A stretch of 63,836 bases of DNA, filler included, from Gonapodya sp. JEL0774 (GCA_027604505.1; 3 parts of 3 records of this genome joined end to end with filler, not necessarily neighbours in it), one strand, 5' to 3'; positions 25,873-39,900 are shown, counted from the whole stretch's first letter. Numbers and translations are program-made. Notes: a model not told the origin generated them from the letters alone.

Positions 25873-26229
25873 GACATCTCCGCCTTCAAACTGTTCCTCC
25901 GTGACGCCCGCACGATCGACGATCGCATCGTGACCAGCATCAACGCGTTACGGGACCGCACCTCGGCCAGCTCGCACGCAGCGAGCACCGACACCTTCCT
26001 CTCCCGCTGCGCCGCCCTCCGCCTCCACACTCAACAATCCCAAGCATCCCGCGACGCCTTTGTGCGCACCTGTGTTGGTGTCGTGGAGGCCGAGGTTGCG
26101 AAAAGGAAGGACCAGGGGGAGTCGGTGGTGGTGGCAGAGACGGAACTGAGGATGATGAGGGCGGAGCTGGAGGTGGAGAGTATTTTGAAGGAGAGGGCCG
26201 CGAGGACGTTTAAGGAACGGTGTAGGTGA
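25873..26229 (+). CDS. MIX23: Mix23/CCDC58 (Cid2) mitochondrial intermembrane-space protein, last exon; 5' exon lost in gap
   Basis: DISAFKLFLRDARTIDDRIVTSINAL...C...RDAFVRTC...LRMMRAELEVESILKERAARTFKERCR* matches the family pattern R-x-IDD-x-I-x3-[IL]N ... EL-x-VE-x-I ... F-x-ERC. Confidence 0.85.
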   Translation, partial: DISAFKLFLRDARTIDDRIVTSINALRDRTSASSHAASTDTFLSRCAALRLHTQQSQASRDAFVRTCVGVVEAEVAKRKDQGESVVVAETELRMMRAELEVESILKERAARTFKERCR

Positions 26230-26613
26230 TTGGGGGCGGGACGTGTCATGGTGGGACGAGACGAGACGTGTACATACACGGACTCCCCCAGCAGAATAGA
26301 CTCACGATATTTTGCAGTAGACAGAAAATTACACGAAGCACACGACTACATGTTTCTCGCATTCCGAGATCTGGCCACTCTTTTTGATTCTGTGACTGTT
26401 CCCTGTGAATCATGCAAGCTAGTCTACACAATCCGTCCCAACGTTCTGAAGACGTCACGAAAAGAACCGTAATGCAATTCAAACTATACAGTAAATATTA
26501 TATCCAACGGTACTCAACCCACCACACCAGGTCACCTGCACAACCACACACCGTGTTACCCTCCACTTCGAGTACTCCTCCCCAGCTACAAACGCGCCCC
26601 CCCACCCCATCCA

Positions 26614-28642
26614 TCATTTCAACCTCTTCAAAAACGGATCGCTCTTCCACACCTGCTGCATGCTCTGGAACGACCGGACGGCTGGCGCGGTAGGTATACA
26701 TTTGTTTTTTTTTCCCCCGATTTTTCCGAAGGTTTCGAGGTGTGCGAATTTTCGAGCGTGGTGAGGAGGGTGGAGGGTGTGGGTGTGATGGTCGGTGCAG
26801 AGGTTCCGAGGGTGGCGTACGGGCAGGTGGAAACAGTACCAGGTTCGTAAGCATCCATGCGGGACCAGAAGGCCAAACGGGCTGGCGTGACGCGTGAACA
26901 CACAAGGGGTTACTCACGGTCGCTCTTCTTCCTGTACATGGGTCTCCCCGCTGCCGCTGCCGCTCCCCGCGCGTTGGAAGCGACTAGCGTCAACGACCAC
27001 CAAAACAACCGAAAAGAATAATTTTGCACACGATGTTGATCGCATCGCACGTCACAAACAGGTATGTACAACCAACCACTCACACCTCGAGCCCCCGCTC
27101 CCGCTCCCGCTCGACCCCGACACCGACCTCGCGTGCCCCTGCCAGGCCCGCCACTCCACCTCGTGTTCCTTGTACTGCACCGATCGCGAGTCCCATCCCG
27201 GGTCGAGCACGGTGGACAGGTCGAAGTCGCGGGGGTGGAGGGGTCTGGGTGGGACGGGGGCGGGGGCGGTGCGCGTGCGGGAGTGGGTGTTGGAGTGGGT
27301 GGAGTGGGTGTGTGATGTGGTACGGGCGCGGCGCAGAGAGGATTCCGGTGCCGGTGGTGCGGTTGGCGCCGCGCCGAGTCCGGTCGTCCGGTCGCCGTAG
27401 CCGTCGCGGTCCACAGTACCGTACCCGTACCCGTACCGGCGCTGCTCCACCTCGTCCACCTCCTCATCGTCGTCGCCGTCGCCGCCGGCACCCAAACCAC
27501 CACCACCGTTCAAGTGACCCCACGTGCGACCACGGGTGCGCGGTGCGGGTCTGTGGGGGTGCGATGGGGGTGCGTAGTCCACGTCGGAGTTGTTGTCGAG
27601 GTCGTCGTGTGCGTGGGCGTGAGCGTGTCGGTGGGAGGGCACGGCGGGGGCAAGGCGAGATGCTCCCACCGAACCACGTTCCGCGGCCCGGGGGAGGGCG
27701 GTGTCGGTCCTGTCCCTGTTCCTCTCCCTGTCTCTGTCCTTGTCCCTCTTCAATGACGCGCCGTCCATGGGGACGTGGAGGTGGTCCGAGCTCCACCTGG
27801 CGTGCTTGGGTGGCCGCTGGGCAGGGTGGGACGACTCAGCACGTGCACGTTGAGGGTTGCTTCGAGACGGTGCGTCCGTCTCGGGTTCCGAGTCCGCATG
27901 GGATTCGAGGGTGGGGAGGTTGGCGGCGATGGGGAACAAGTCCCATGTGGACTGTGACTGGGAGGAGGTGCGAGTAAGGTGATCAGAGGTTGTTGGTTGG
28001 GGTTCTCTTTTAGGGGGAGGAGGCGAGGGACGGGACTGGGACTGGGTGTCAGGTCGATGTTGGGAGTGAGCGATGGTGTGGGAGTGGGAACGGTGGGTGG
28101 AATGTGAGAGCACCGAGTGAGGATGCGAGGGCTGAGTCACGGCGCGACTTGCGAGGGAGGTGGAGGTGGAGGTGGAATGCGACTGCGAGTGGGTGCCGGT
28201 TGCGGTCGTTCTGGCCGGCTTGTTCTTGCTGTGGGTCAAGGCCTCCTCAAGCTCGAGGACGAACTCGCGGAGGACGGCGTCGGAGACATTGCCGTATCCT
28301 TTATTTTTTTGCAATTTTGTTGATGGGGGCCAAGGGCGAATACAGATGGAGGATTGAGATGGCAGGTCAAGGAGTGTCGGACCGACAAAGAACGTACCGA
28401 GTTCCTTGAGGTACCCGCGAATTTCGTCTACTGTTATCTCGTCGTGATTCGATGAGGACTATAGGAGAGGAGTACATCGGGGGCGAAAAAAGAAAATGGA
28501 GAAGTAGAGATGCCGGCGTGAATCAGCGGGCGCGGAACGGGAAGATTTGAAGAGATGGAGAAGAGAAACAACGTGCCATATTCGCAGGAGAGTTGATGTG
28601 CGCGTCCATTTCATCAGTGAATTCGTCGATGAGAGAATCCAT
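26614..28642 (-). CDS. HYLS1: HYLS1-like centriolar/ciliogenesis protein
   Basis: The spliced N-terminus EITVDEIRGYLKELGYGNVSDAVLREFVLELEEAL resembles the HYLS1 N-motif (EEIRxxLxxLGYxNV...LxEF). The spliced C-terminus KKSDPVRSFQSMQQVWKSDPFLKRLK* (intron 26917-26682) resembles the KxDPV...W box. The middle is low-complexity. Start is 28642 or 28579, followed by a probable GC-AG intron. Confidence 0.7.
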
Positions 28643-28765
28643 GGTGGGGGTGGATTGAACGGGTTGGATGCGTTGTGTTCCTGTTGTGTCCCGAGTCCAC
28701 CCACCACCCACTTGTGCTTCCCCCATTCCCACCACCCACCCAGTCCACCCACTCCCATCCCCCCG

Positions 28766-29971
28766 ATGTTCTCTGGCATTTCCCGTGCTTCTTCCCAGTT
28801 CAGACTTGGCTCCACCAAAACCCCTCTCAATCACTCTGTTTCAGATCAGCGCTCCCCTCCCTCCGCACAACCTCTCCCTCCGCCACCTCCTGTCCCACCA
28901 CCTGCCGATCCCGCCCCTCTCGTTCCCCTTCTTCCCACAAAATCTGATGGAAGAAGACGCATTCCGGGGCCAATCGGCGCCTTACCTGTCGTGGTACGTC
29001 GGCCCACTGCATTCCCCACCCACCGCACCGGACGCAATTGTGAAGAGTGTTTCCCCACCACTCACCTATCCCTCTCTCACCTTCCAGGACGAAGCTGAAC
29101 TCCACCTCCTCATGTCCAGAAAATCCAAAGAAATCCGCCCTCCGCTCTCACTCAAGGACAACACGTCCGCATCCACATCCCCGCATCTCTCCGGCACATA
29201 CGCTCACATCTTCCAGACTCCCAGGTGGGCAGCCGCATCAACGCGATTCCACCAACTCTCCCAAGGTATATATGTGCACAATATGATCTTCTCCGTGTCC
29301 ACGTGTTTCCCTCTTCCTCCTCACAGTACCGCTCATCTACTTCACCTGACTTCCTCACCTTCCCTCCCCGCACCCCGTGTCCCCTTCCCCCCTATAAGGC
29401 ACCCCTCCCACCTCCCTCGCCCACATCCACGCCCCCGACTTCGGCTCCCGCGCCACCTGGCTCATCCTCTCTCTCCTTGACTGGCGCACCGACGAGGGCG
29501 CGGGGTACGCAAAGGCGGTGGACGAGTCGGGTCAGTATGGACTATGGTGTGGTAAACAGCCCTCCTTTTGTTTGGGCTCCGTTGGGGGGCACTGTTGTGC
29601 CGATGGAAAGGCCGTGCTTCTATGTGCGGTCGATTTTTGACCCCCAACTCCGTGGTGCTCAATGTGTTTCTAAAAATTGATACCACCCACCCAGGCGAAC
29701 TCCCACTCTACGTCGCCCCCGACGCCGTCTCAACCTACTCCGCACTCGGTGACTCCTCCATCCTCGTACGTACGTGCACCATGGTTCCGCCACCCTTACG
29801 TTGTTACTTACCCAACCCGCCCGACTCACCACGTCCCCACCTCAATCCTACCCTGGCGCGCACGTATAACGTATCCCATAGATCCTCCACCGCCCCACTG
29901 TGTTCCGCCACCCCACCTCGGCCTCCGTGGTCCTCAACGTCGTCGCGGCGAACGTCGTGGAGGTGCTGTAA
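28766..29971 (+). CDS. HROB: HROB/MCM8IP (C17orf53, DUF4539) OB-fold protein
   Basis: RRIPGPIGALP motif; F-x-T-x-x-W; spliced OB fold AVDESGELPLYV...DSSILILHRPTVFRHPTSASVVLNVVAANVVEVL*, which follows the HROB pattern (DPTGE...GSVLLLKQIGVF...YLNVTPNNLVHIY). Confidence 0.72.
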
Positions 29972-30294
29972 AGTGATCAAACCGTAGCCGGTGACCGGTG
30001 ACCGGATGACCGGTCGACGTGGCCTCCAAAGATGATGAGAGATATCGGATTGAATTGGATTGGATTGCATTGGATTGGATTTTGCACGCGAGTGGTCACG
30101 ATAGTGCACGGCACAGCTATACGGTGTGGATGTGCATAACATACATTACTTTCATTATACCATACATCCCCGGTGTACCCATTCGCATAAACAATACATT
30201 ACAGTTTGCATCCCCAGTCATCAGTCCTCAGTCCTCACCCGTCACCCACCCACCCACGTCCACACCCCGGGCCTCTCCCTCACTTACTCACTCA

Positions 30295-32214
30295 CTATGA
30301 CTCACTTTCTCCCGCACCCCCCGTCCCCATTTCCCACCCCATAGCCCACCCAACCACCCCGCCCACCACACCGCTCCCCACCTGATCCCTCCACGCGCTC
30401 CACATGTCGTACTCCCTATCCCTGTCCCTGTCCCGCTCCTGGTCCTCCTCACCCCCGTCCCCGTGTCCCGCGTCCCAAATCCACCTCGCACACTGGGGAA
30501 CCGTCGAGCACCCTGCATCGGCAGGGCCCGACTCGCTGTGGTAGGACCAGGAGATGGTGGTGGTGGAATGGTGTGGGGAGGTTGGGGACGGCGGGACCAC
30601 GAGGACGCGGGAGAGGAAGGTTGTGGTCGTGGTAGGGGTGCGGGTGGGGGTGGTGGTGAGGAGAAGAATGGGAGTGGAGGGGGAAGACCAGGTCCGCGGC
30701 GTGGCGATGGATGTGAGGATGATTTCGAGTTCGATGGGGAATGTGGTGGACCAGGAGGCGTGGTGGTTGTGGTTGTGGTTGTGGTCCTGGTGTGATCCGC
30801 AGTCCAGTCCTCGTCCTCCCTCACCCATGCTCGCCCCTCCGACCCGGGCCACACACGCCGCCAGCACCCTCCACGACTCGATCGAAGACCACACGGCGGC
30901 GAGGAAGGCAGCCGTGTGGGGAGTGTGGGGGATCGAGGGGATGCCCGTGAGCGGGAGGAAGGACGATAGGGGGAGCGGGGACCGCGAGGGGATCGAGGAC
31001 GAACGGGGTGTGGGGGCTGAAGGGAGGATGTACTTGGACAGCCCCTCGGGGATCCTGATGCGGTCCAGGGGGCATTGGATGAGTGTGAGTCGAGTGACGC
31101 CGGCTGGTGGCGTACGTGAGGCGGGTCCGGGTTGAGTCCCATTGTAGGCTTCCAAGACCCTCGCGAGCATGCCCTGGTTGATGTCCACGAGATCCATCCG
31201 GTCAAACACCAGGTGGCGCACCGTGCCGGCCGAGGCGCACGCGGTGAGGAGGGCAAGGCAGAAGGGTTTCGGGTCGAGGAGGGAGGTTGGGAAAAGGAAG
31301 GGGGTCAGCGAAGTGGAGGTGGAGGTTGAAGGGGTGGAGCGGGAGGAGGAGAAGCCGCGGGAGAGCGCGCCCAAGGGGAACGCGAGGGCGCTAGAGGTGG
31401 CCGTGCCGAGGGGGGATCCACGGAAGGTGACGCGGGTGATACCACCGCCGGCACCGGGCAGCGTAGGAGCTCCGTGAGGGTCGGTCGAGTGAACGTCCGG
31501 CGTCGGTACTACGGGCGAGGGCGCACGTGGAGGTACACCCTGTGCATTCCCGTCCCCGTCCCTTGCCGCTGCCGCCACTGCCACCGCCACCCTGCGCACC
31601 AGGTCCGCGGTTCGGGCGGATTCGGACCTTGCGAAATGAGCCCACCGGCCGTTGTAGACGTTCAGGTCTGCGGGCATGATGATGAGGATAGAACGGATGA
31701 GGCCGAGGTAGAAACGGTGGTTGGATGATGCGCCCGTGACGAGTTCGGAAGGGGGATGGCCCAAGGGGGACAAACGGAGCGCGGATTCGAGGAGGGACAG
31801 GCGGTTGGGTGCGCCCAAGGTGGATAAGTCGAAACTAGCGAGACACATTCAGTGGATGAATTACATACTTTTTCAAAGGCAAAAAACGAAAAAAAAACCG
31901 TCCCCAACCGAGCATCACGCTCCGTGTCCGACTCACGATCTCACGATGACCTCCTCCCACTGCACCCGCGCCGCCACACGAAACCACTTCTTGCACACAC
32001 GCATCAGGTGGGATAAGTTGGACACGCCAGGGTGGAAGGTCGAGGGGCGATGATCGGACGGGCTGGAATGCGGGTGGCGGGTGGACGGGGACGGAGAGGG
32101 GGAGGTGAAGGTGGAGAAGGAGCGGCGCACGCGGGAGAAGATGAACGTGAGGATCTCGGGAGGGAGAGAGGAGATGGTCGCCGGTGGGGGCGGGGTGGGG
32201 GAAAGGGGGGGCAT
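30295..32214 (-). CDS. F-box protein
   Basis: ISSLPPEILTFIFSRV...LMRVCKKWFRVA is an F-box. An intron separates it from the long second exon (ORF 30295..31848). Confidence 0.75.
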
Positions 32215-32556
32215 CGCTGGGGTAAGTCTGAACGGCTGGGCTGTGAGAGCCCTTCTGGTGTCAGTACTGAGGCACTCATGTTCCCTCAGACATCCCCCTT
32301 ATCGTTCTTGTGTAAACAACAAAAATCGCTGTCTTTGGGCAGTGACAGATCTTTGGATCAATGTTGCCATTCATTTTTTCGCCAACAATATCCTCACGTG
32401 GTACGTACCCTTATGCATATAGAGATATCCGTCTGCACCATGTCGGTCTGATTGTTCTTTGTCTGTCTATGGTGAGGCTAAGTTGTCTCCCTATAAAGTA
32501 GTCTCACGTTTAATGCGCGCAAAGCGAATCATTCTCCGGCCTTCTGCATGCGATGC

Positions 32557-33845
32557 TCATGACTTTTTTTCAGACTTCTCTGGTATAAGCGTTACCCCTG
32601 CCTTAGCCATCTGATTCAAAAGCTCCAGTGTAAAGCCCAGGAAGTTATGCCTTCGCCTCCCGTTCTCCCGCCCCCACCGTTCCAGTTTCTCCTTCTCGAC
32701 TTCCACATCCGTTTCAATGTCCCGCCTCTCTACATCCGTCATAGACTCCGCACCTGCGCGAAGCTTTTCGGTCAAAATGTCCAGCGGTTTACGACGGAGG
32801 ACTTGCAGGCTGAATTTGATGTTGGTGGGCTGTGCAGACATGCGGCGTTGAAGGATTGTGGAGAGTTGGGAGATCCAGGTGGTGGGAGTGGCGGGACCTG
32901 GTAGGGCAAGTCGTTTGCATCAAGGCGAGGTGGGGCGCGTGGTTGAACGGAAATCAGAGTGAGAATCTGCAAGGAATACGGTGTAGCTCACCGTGGTTGA
33001 TTGGTCCACTTCTCAGCCCATCAAGTTCCCAAACTGCACCGTTTCGATACAAATAAGATACAAAGTGGAATAGTTCCTCCGCGTCCTCGGGGTCATTTGA
33101 GGAACCCTCGTTGACGAATGGGTCGGAGCCTGCAAACGCATTGTGAACATGCCTTAGAATGGCATGAGATCACCAATGCGCTTAGACATACATGAAGAGT
33201 AACCAACACAGGATATGTACGCACCGCATTTGTTCGGAGTTGGTTATTGCCAGGCCCCTTGTCTCCGCGTCCAACATTGACGTGAAGTCCCGAAACTCGG
33301 TGAGCATGGGACCGAGTTCAATGTCCGCATTCCTGCCAAAACACCCGCACAGAGCAATCATGCTCAGAGACTAAAAGGAGCCTCGCTCACGATGGTCGTC
33401 CGAGTCCCACTTACATCAAAATTGACAGTATCGCTTGGGTCGCACAAGCATTCTGGATTATCTGCTTCGCAAAAAACACAGTTCCGTCATCCGGTGCGAC
33501 GCTCACGTCCGGTGGCAGTGTGGTTGCACCCTCGTAACGAAAGAGGAAGACGAATCCGTAGATGTTGGCGTCCGAGCCCTTGGGTCCGTGCGAAAAGACA
33601 ACGGTGAACACTCCGCAAGGGAGACTATCCCCTCAATACATACCTCGAGCGATGTGATGTCGAAAACTTCCTCAACCTGCACTCCCGCAACACCCAACTG
33701 CGAGATTAGCTCCGTGAACACCTGAATGTGTGAAATAAATCAATTCCCGTGCAGAGTTTCAGCGGCAGACGAGAAGTCCGGCGATGCTTTAGAGTGCACG
33801 AACCGCTGGATCGGATTCAATTAGACACCAGTTGCCGGTGCTCAT
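32557..33845 (-). CDS. UCH37: Ubiquitin C-terminal hydrolase UCH37/UCHL5 (peptidase C12)
   Basis: MSTGNWCLIESDP, VFTELI, FFAKQIIQNACATQAILS (catalytic Cys), FHFVSY (His), WELDGL (Asp), and a C-terminal ULD W.RENGRRRHNFLGF. Confidence 0.93.
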
Positions 33846-33959
33846 GTTTTGAAATTCGGATGACAGTTTGTGTTTGAAGGATTTCACCTGTGTCACAACT
33901 CGACCACAGGACATTCCCGAACTTCATACCTCCCGCACCTCTGTACAGTCCTTTTGGCT

Positions 33960-36900
33960 ATGGACCCATCCACCGACCAGACAAGCTCTGGCGTTTTCCT
34001 TTCCTCCCTCGTGGACGATTCCCTTTTCGAATACCGCCAAATCTGGGAATGGTCTTCCACTCTCGAAACTCGCTGGTTCAACACACTTTCCAGAGATGCT
34101 GAGCCGCAAACCGTAGAGAGTCGAACTGAATCCGACTGCACAAGCAACTTGGTGGTACGGCTCGAGGATCCACGGTCTCGGCACCTCCTTGGCGAAACGG
34201 CTGTGTCGAGAGTTTTACCACAGAATATCATTCGGGCTCTTTTGCGCGTGAGGACTTTACCATGGCAGCTTCAGGCCTCCGCAGACGGGAAAACGCTTGG
34301 TGTGCTACGAAACGATGCGCTCGATGTGTTTGACTTGAGTAGTGAGCCCATCACGCGCAGGACGATCCATCTGGGGAAAGAGGGGCCGGCGCGCTTGAGC
34401 GCTTTGAGGAAAATAGCATGGTCGACAGATGGGAAATTGGTGGCAGTGGCAGAGAGTAGCGGGAAGGTGGAGGTCTTCACTCGGGAGGGCCTTCTCGTCT
34501 GCGTGATCGATGCCACCCCAACATCTGACATGTGAATTGTTCTCCATTGTTCAACGTGCCGTTATATCAAAACTAAAGAAATGCTTGGAACAGCTCCGAT
34601 CCCTTAACCGCAGTATCCCCAATTTGCCACCTCTTCTTTCTTGATGACCATGTGATCCAACCAAACCTTCTTTACATGGGTAAATCTTCCTGGACACATG
34701 AGCTCCTTGTCATTGGTCATGATGGAGTTGCCCACTGCTATTTGCTTGATCTGGAAGACATTTTGCAATGTGACTTGCAAACATTGCCTCGTCTTATTAC
34801 GGTGGATAGTCATGGTGGAGAGTCAAACATGGTGGTTGTGCACCACCACTCTTACACATTCCCTTCTTATGTCTATGTTCTTTCTGCTGCAGCCAACCAG
34901 CATGCAAAGTTGCTGGCTCTTTCAGGCAGAAGCTCCCATCAAGCAAATCTGGAGAATTTTCTGGATGGACGCATGACTTTCTGGAAACTGTTGGCTTCAG
35001 CGCCATTTTATGAGCTGAGTGAAGTTGGATCCAGTTTACACCAAGCAATCTCAGAGAAGAGTGGTCTTTGGGAATCTGTGACGAGGTGCATGAGTCTGTT
35101 TCCCAACTCTGACATTCTTAGGCGCATGGGGTTAAGGAACCTTCAACAGAACCATACAATTTCTATATCCCCATCAGCAGAGTTTGTTGCCACAGTGAAC
35201 TTTTGTGGTGAAGTGGTGTTGTTGGGAGTTGCAAAGGGAGAGCTGATCAAAAAATGGAACTTCAAAGACATTTTTGCACTCACTGCAAAATCTAATTCAA
35301 GTAGTAATTCTCAAGGGCTTCAAGGGGGGGATGATTTCAGAAACAAAAGAGGAACCCTAGGGCCTCAGGATACTACTTCAAGCCATTCAGCTTCTAATGA
35401 GAGATACTCTGATACATGGACTGATGATGAGTCAATTGGATTTTTGCAGGGCAAGAATGCAGATAACAACAATTATAGAAGTTCCATGGCCAACCCAAAT
35501 GATCTAATTTTATCTGTGGCTTGGTGGTCTGACACAGTGCTCACTATAGCACTGGAGTCAGGAAAACTGATAGCTTTTGACTGGCAGGCTGAGTGTGGTG
35601 TCGTTGCATCTGTGTTTGATGGATCAGTACCTACAGGACCAAGCATTCTCCAGTGTTTTGAACTTGGTCCATTCATGGTGGTTATTCCTGGAGAGAAAAT
35701 TTGTGTTTTGGATATGAAGCACATTTCTGGTGCACAAAGGCAACCCGCTTGCCCCAGCCCAGAAGTGGTTATTGCTGATAAGTCCTCAGGTTCCTACATA
35801 TTTGAGATTGCAAGTGTGTGGATCCTTTCTTTCTGGAGCTCTGTGTTCAACTTCATTGTTGTGATGTGGGCTTTATCATGGAGTGATCCAGCGGAGCTTC
35901 TCTTCACTGCAATTGATGCAAAATTGTTTAGAGTGAGGCAAGTTGAGACACTACTAAAGCTCCATGTAGTTTCTTCACTTTCTAAAGAGGAAGCTGTGAG
36001 GAAACTTGTATTGACAGGGCAGTATGAGAAGGCCCTCAGCTTTTGTGCTACTGAAGGGATGGATACTGATATTGTTTACAAGGCACGCTGGACAGAGTCT
36101 GTGAAAACCATTTTTAACTCAACATATGCAGAAACCTTGCTTGGTGCCATCAAAGATGACTACTGGGTCATGAGGGAGACAGCTGAACTTGTTTTGTCAA
36201 ACCCTGCTGTACAGCAAACAATTTTGGAGCATGGGTTGTCAAGAAGTGACAAGGTACTTGGAAACCTGACCCACAGGTCACCCAAGGAAGTTATGCACTT
36301 GGTAGTACAGGAGACAAATGTCAGAACAGCATCCAGTTTGAGTGCATTACTTGTGTTGAGACTTCAAATAATTGTGAGACAGAACTTGCTGAGTACCTTC
36401 CAACAAATTGCCAGTATTGCCAGAGTGCATGCAATCAAATTGGAGGAGAGGACACATAGTCATTTTGGAGCACTGGAACAGCAAGCATTAACAGGGGATG
36501 CATTTAGACTCAGTTTTATGTCCTTTTGCTCATCACATGTTCTTGCACATGCTTCCTTTTATGCTGCCAATGGCTGCTTAGAAGCACTAAAAATCTGTCT
36601 CAACAACCACAAAAATGAGCTTACTAAATACCAAGCAAATTTGGTAGGATTGGTACCTTTTTCTGTCCCCCCAGAGGATTACGCTGAACTCTTGCCATGG
36701 AATAGTCTGGATGACATGGGTCCTGGTGACTGGGGTGAAATCAGTAATCACAACAGTTGCAGTGATATTGTTCTGAAGGAGCCATTGTACACCTATTTAG
36801 AACATGCTTGTGGTGAGAATAGTTTCATACACAGCCAGAGAACAAGTTTCTCAAATGTCTCTCTAGAGTTGCAATTATGTGAGAGTGCTTGTGAAAATGT

Positions 36901-39900
36901 AGAGCAGGAGGAGATGGCCTGGTACTTAACAAGAGCATTGTTAATTGAGGCAAGAACAGGCATGCAAGAACGTGCAATTGATTTGCTTGAATGCAAGGAA
37001 AACTGGGAACCAGAATCACAAGTCATTGTTAACATGTTAAAAGAGGATCTTCATCTTGTCTCCCTTTTGGTTTATTGTATTGCAACAATTGATGATATGG
37101 GAAACACAACTGCAGAGGAATTTAATCTTCATATATTCTCAAAACTGGGTGTTGTTGATGTTTTGAAGCTCATAGTGAACTCCATGCACGTCAAAAGTGA
37201 GTACTTCAGGATCTTCACAACAGTATCTTGATTGTTTCTAAATATTGTTACCTTGCAGTTAACCAGCGTGATGCTGTCAAATTGATGGTTAGATATTTGC
37301 AGAGTCTTACCACAAAGTCAAACTACCTATCATTATATGGGGCACTCCCCCAATCCTTTCCACATCAAAGCTTAAACATGGAGCCATCAGAAACCCTATT
37401 TTCTTATCTCTTTGATGAACTACCAAGATCTTCCATTGAGATTGTATCATATATTCTTGAGTCAATGCAGCAGGTCAGCAAAGATCACTTCCCTCTCATG
37501 TTTTTTGACAAGTATATGCTTGGTGAGGGAATAGTTTCTGCATGTTACAATGTTTCAGAAGTGAATTCAGATGAGATCCTGGCAATGTCAAAAATGTTGG
37601 AACTCTTTGATGATTTTGTGCAAATACCTGGGAATGAGGACATTGCATCAGAGATCAAAAACATTGCTCCCTTTGGATTAGGGGAGCCAATTGAGGAGGA
37701 TGGTGACAGATACCTGAATTTTCAAAGGGAAAGTGTTTATGTCAGGCATGGCAGTGAAGTGGCTCCAACATACTCAGATAAAATTTCTGACAGAAGCCCA
37801 GATCCTCATAGCTGGGAGTCAGTAGTTGATCTGCAGAGAGAAACCAGATGGGATGGGGTCCTTAGAAGGATCAAAAGATTGAGGTGTCACCTTGCTGCTG
37901 CAAGAATCACACTAAAATATGGAATGACAATCCCTCTACAGTCTTTCTTGCAGATTTCTAACAACAAAGAATCTCAATGGACTTTTCTGCTTAGAGTGGC
38001 AAGGAAGCTGACTAGTATTCCAGCATCACAATTGGAAGAGAAGGGTCTTGCTCTTTTAGTGGATATTCTAAACCTTAAGGAGGAATGCTTTGTCCTTTGT
38101 CTGTTGGAGGAGCAAGATATTATGAAGGAATTTGTTGTAGCAGCCTTTGGATGTGGAGGTAGGTTTGCTCTTGTTGCTGGTTACTTTCCATAATTCTTGC
38201 CTTACTTTAGTTTGTCAGCCTTTGCATTGGCACAGAATGTCATCAATTCACCAAATTTCAGATTCTATTTACCTTTGCAAGTGTCAGAACAATTGGTACT
38301 TAATGCAGCTTGGGAGTACTTTGATAATGCTAGCACTATGCATTCAGATGAAGGTGGATTGTTTTCATCCAAACTGTGGTAGGTAGTAGCCTTCTTGTTC
38401 TACTTCTCCAAAGATGTTTGCACTCCTCTGCATTGTAGTCTTGGCACAATGCCTAAATCAACAAGACTTCAGCAGGAATTGGACCTCATAGAAGCCGTCA
38501 ACCAGCTTGGGAAGTATCAAGTGAGTGCAGAAGGCCCCAACCTTTGGCAAAACTCAAGACCTGCTTTCGGCCACATTGACATTTGGTAACTTAGCTTCTA
38601 GCACCTTCAGCTATACAAATCCTTCCAATTGAAGTTCGCCTCTCCCCAAATCGTTTGGTGTTTGTTGAGAAAATCTTAGAAGTCATTCCAAATCTATTTA
38701 AACAATCAGAGGCAATACTTGGTCTTACCAGCAAATTGGGATATCAGGGAGACCTTGGTGCACATTTGCAAACAAGATCAATGCTGGTTGAAGCAGCCCT
38801 CAACCAGCATGATTATGACACAGCACAAGAGCTTTTAGAAGAGCTGGTATGCTCTTCTTCTTCAGGTATTCAATCTGCTGTTGGAGTGAATCACAGCTCT
38901 GCCACAGGATCAGTCTTAAAAGCATGTATCCGATATGGAACAGATCACCAGATTACAAACTTAGGAAGCCGGAAACAAGCTCTTGCCCATTCTCTCAGTT
39001 TCTGTCCTGAGTATCAGATTGCTCAATTGCTGAAGCAGCTGTCTGTTCTGGAGTTCCAGATTGGTCTTCAAAAGGCCTTGGGAACAGCTAAAGAGCAAAA
39101 CACAGTTGAAGGAGATAGTACTTCTACTTGTATTCAAGTCTCAGATAACATTCTTGAATCAAACACCAATATCACAGCAGTTGCCACTGCCTTGAGCACT
39201 TCTTATCAGGAAGCAATTCATTTATTGCCACAGACAAACTTTAAAGATCTTGTCCAACATCAGTTCTACATGTCACAAATGAATCCATCCATAAATGCAC
39301 CAAAAGAAAATGATCTCTCAGTCTGTTTCTATAATTATCATTTTGTTGAGCAATTGCAACAATCACTGGAGCACAAGGGCTCTTATTCTTTGAATAAACT
39401 AGTACACCTGAATGCTATGTTGAGCAAACTGAGACATCTCTGTTCAGATAAGAGCACTCCCATAGATGAGAGCTTTTGGGTGACAGCTGCAACAGCTTTT
39501 CAATATTATGACATACTCTTGCTTTCAGCTGTAGCATTAAGTGATCTGGATGTAAGTAGTTTGAGATGCCAATGCCTTTTCTTTGGTGTTAATATTCACA
39601 TCAATATTGATCTCCAGGATGACTCATTTAGACTACTTCTCAAAACAATTAATCCCATTTCAGTCCATGCACAAATAGGAGTCTATTTGACTGCTTTGAG
39701 AGTATTAATTCTCATTTCTATGCTGGAGAATTCACTACTTGAGTGCATGGATCTTCATCATCACAGATATCTGGATGTGTTGAATGCATTTAACATGATT
39801 TCAGAAACCTATTCATATTCTTCATATCATCAAAAAATCCATGATATGTTTCAAAGCTCATCTAAATTCATGATACTCCTCCAAGAAAAATACCAAAATA

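Noticed and set aside
26894..28409. Several overlapping long GC-rich ORFs on both strands
   Set aside because: Explained by high GC and low complexity opposite the HYLS1-like exon.
29985..30082. GACCGGT and GGATT short repeats
   Set aside because: Simple low-complexity repeats in a 3' intergenic region, not telomeric.
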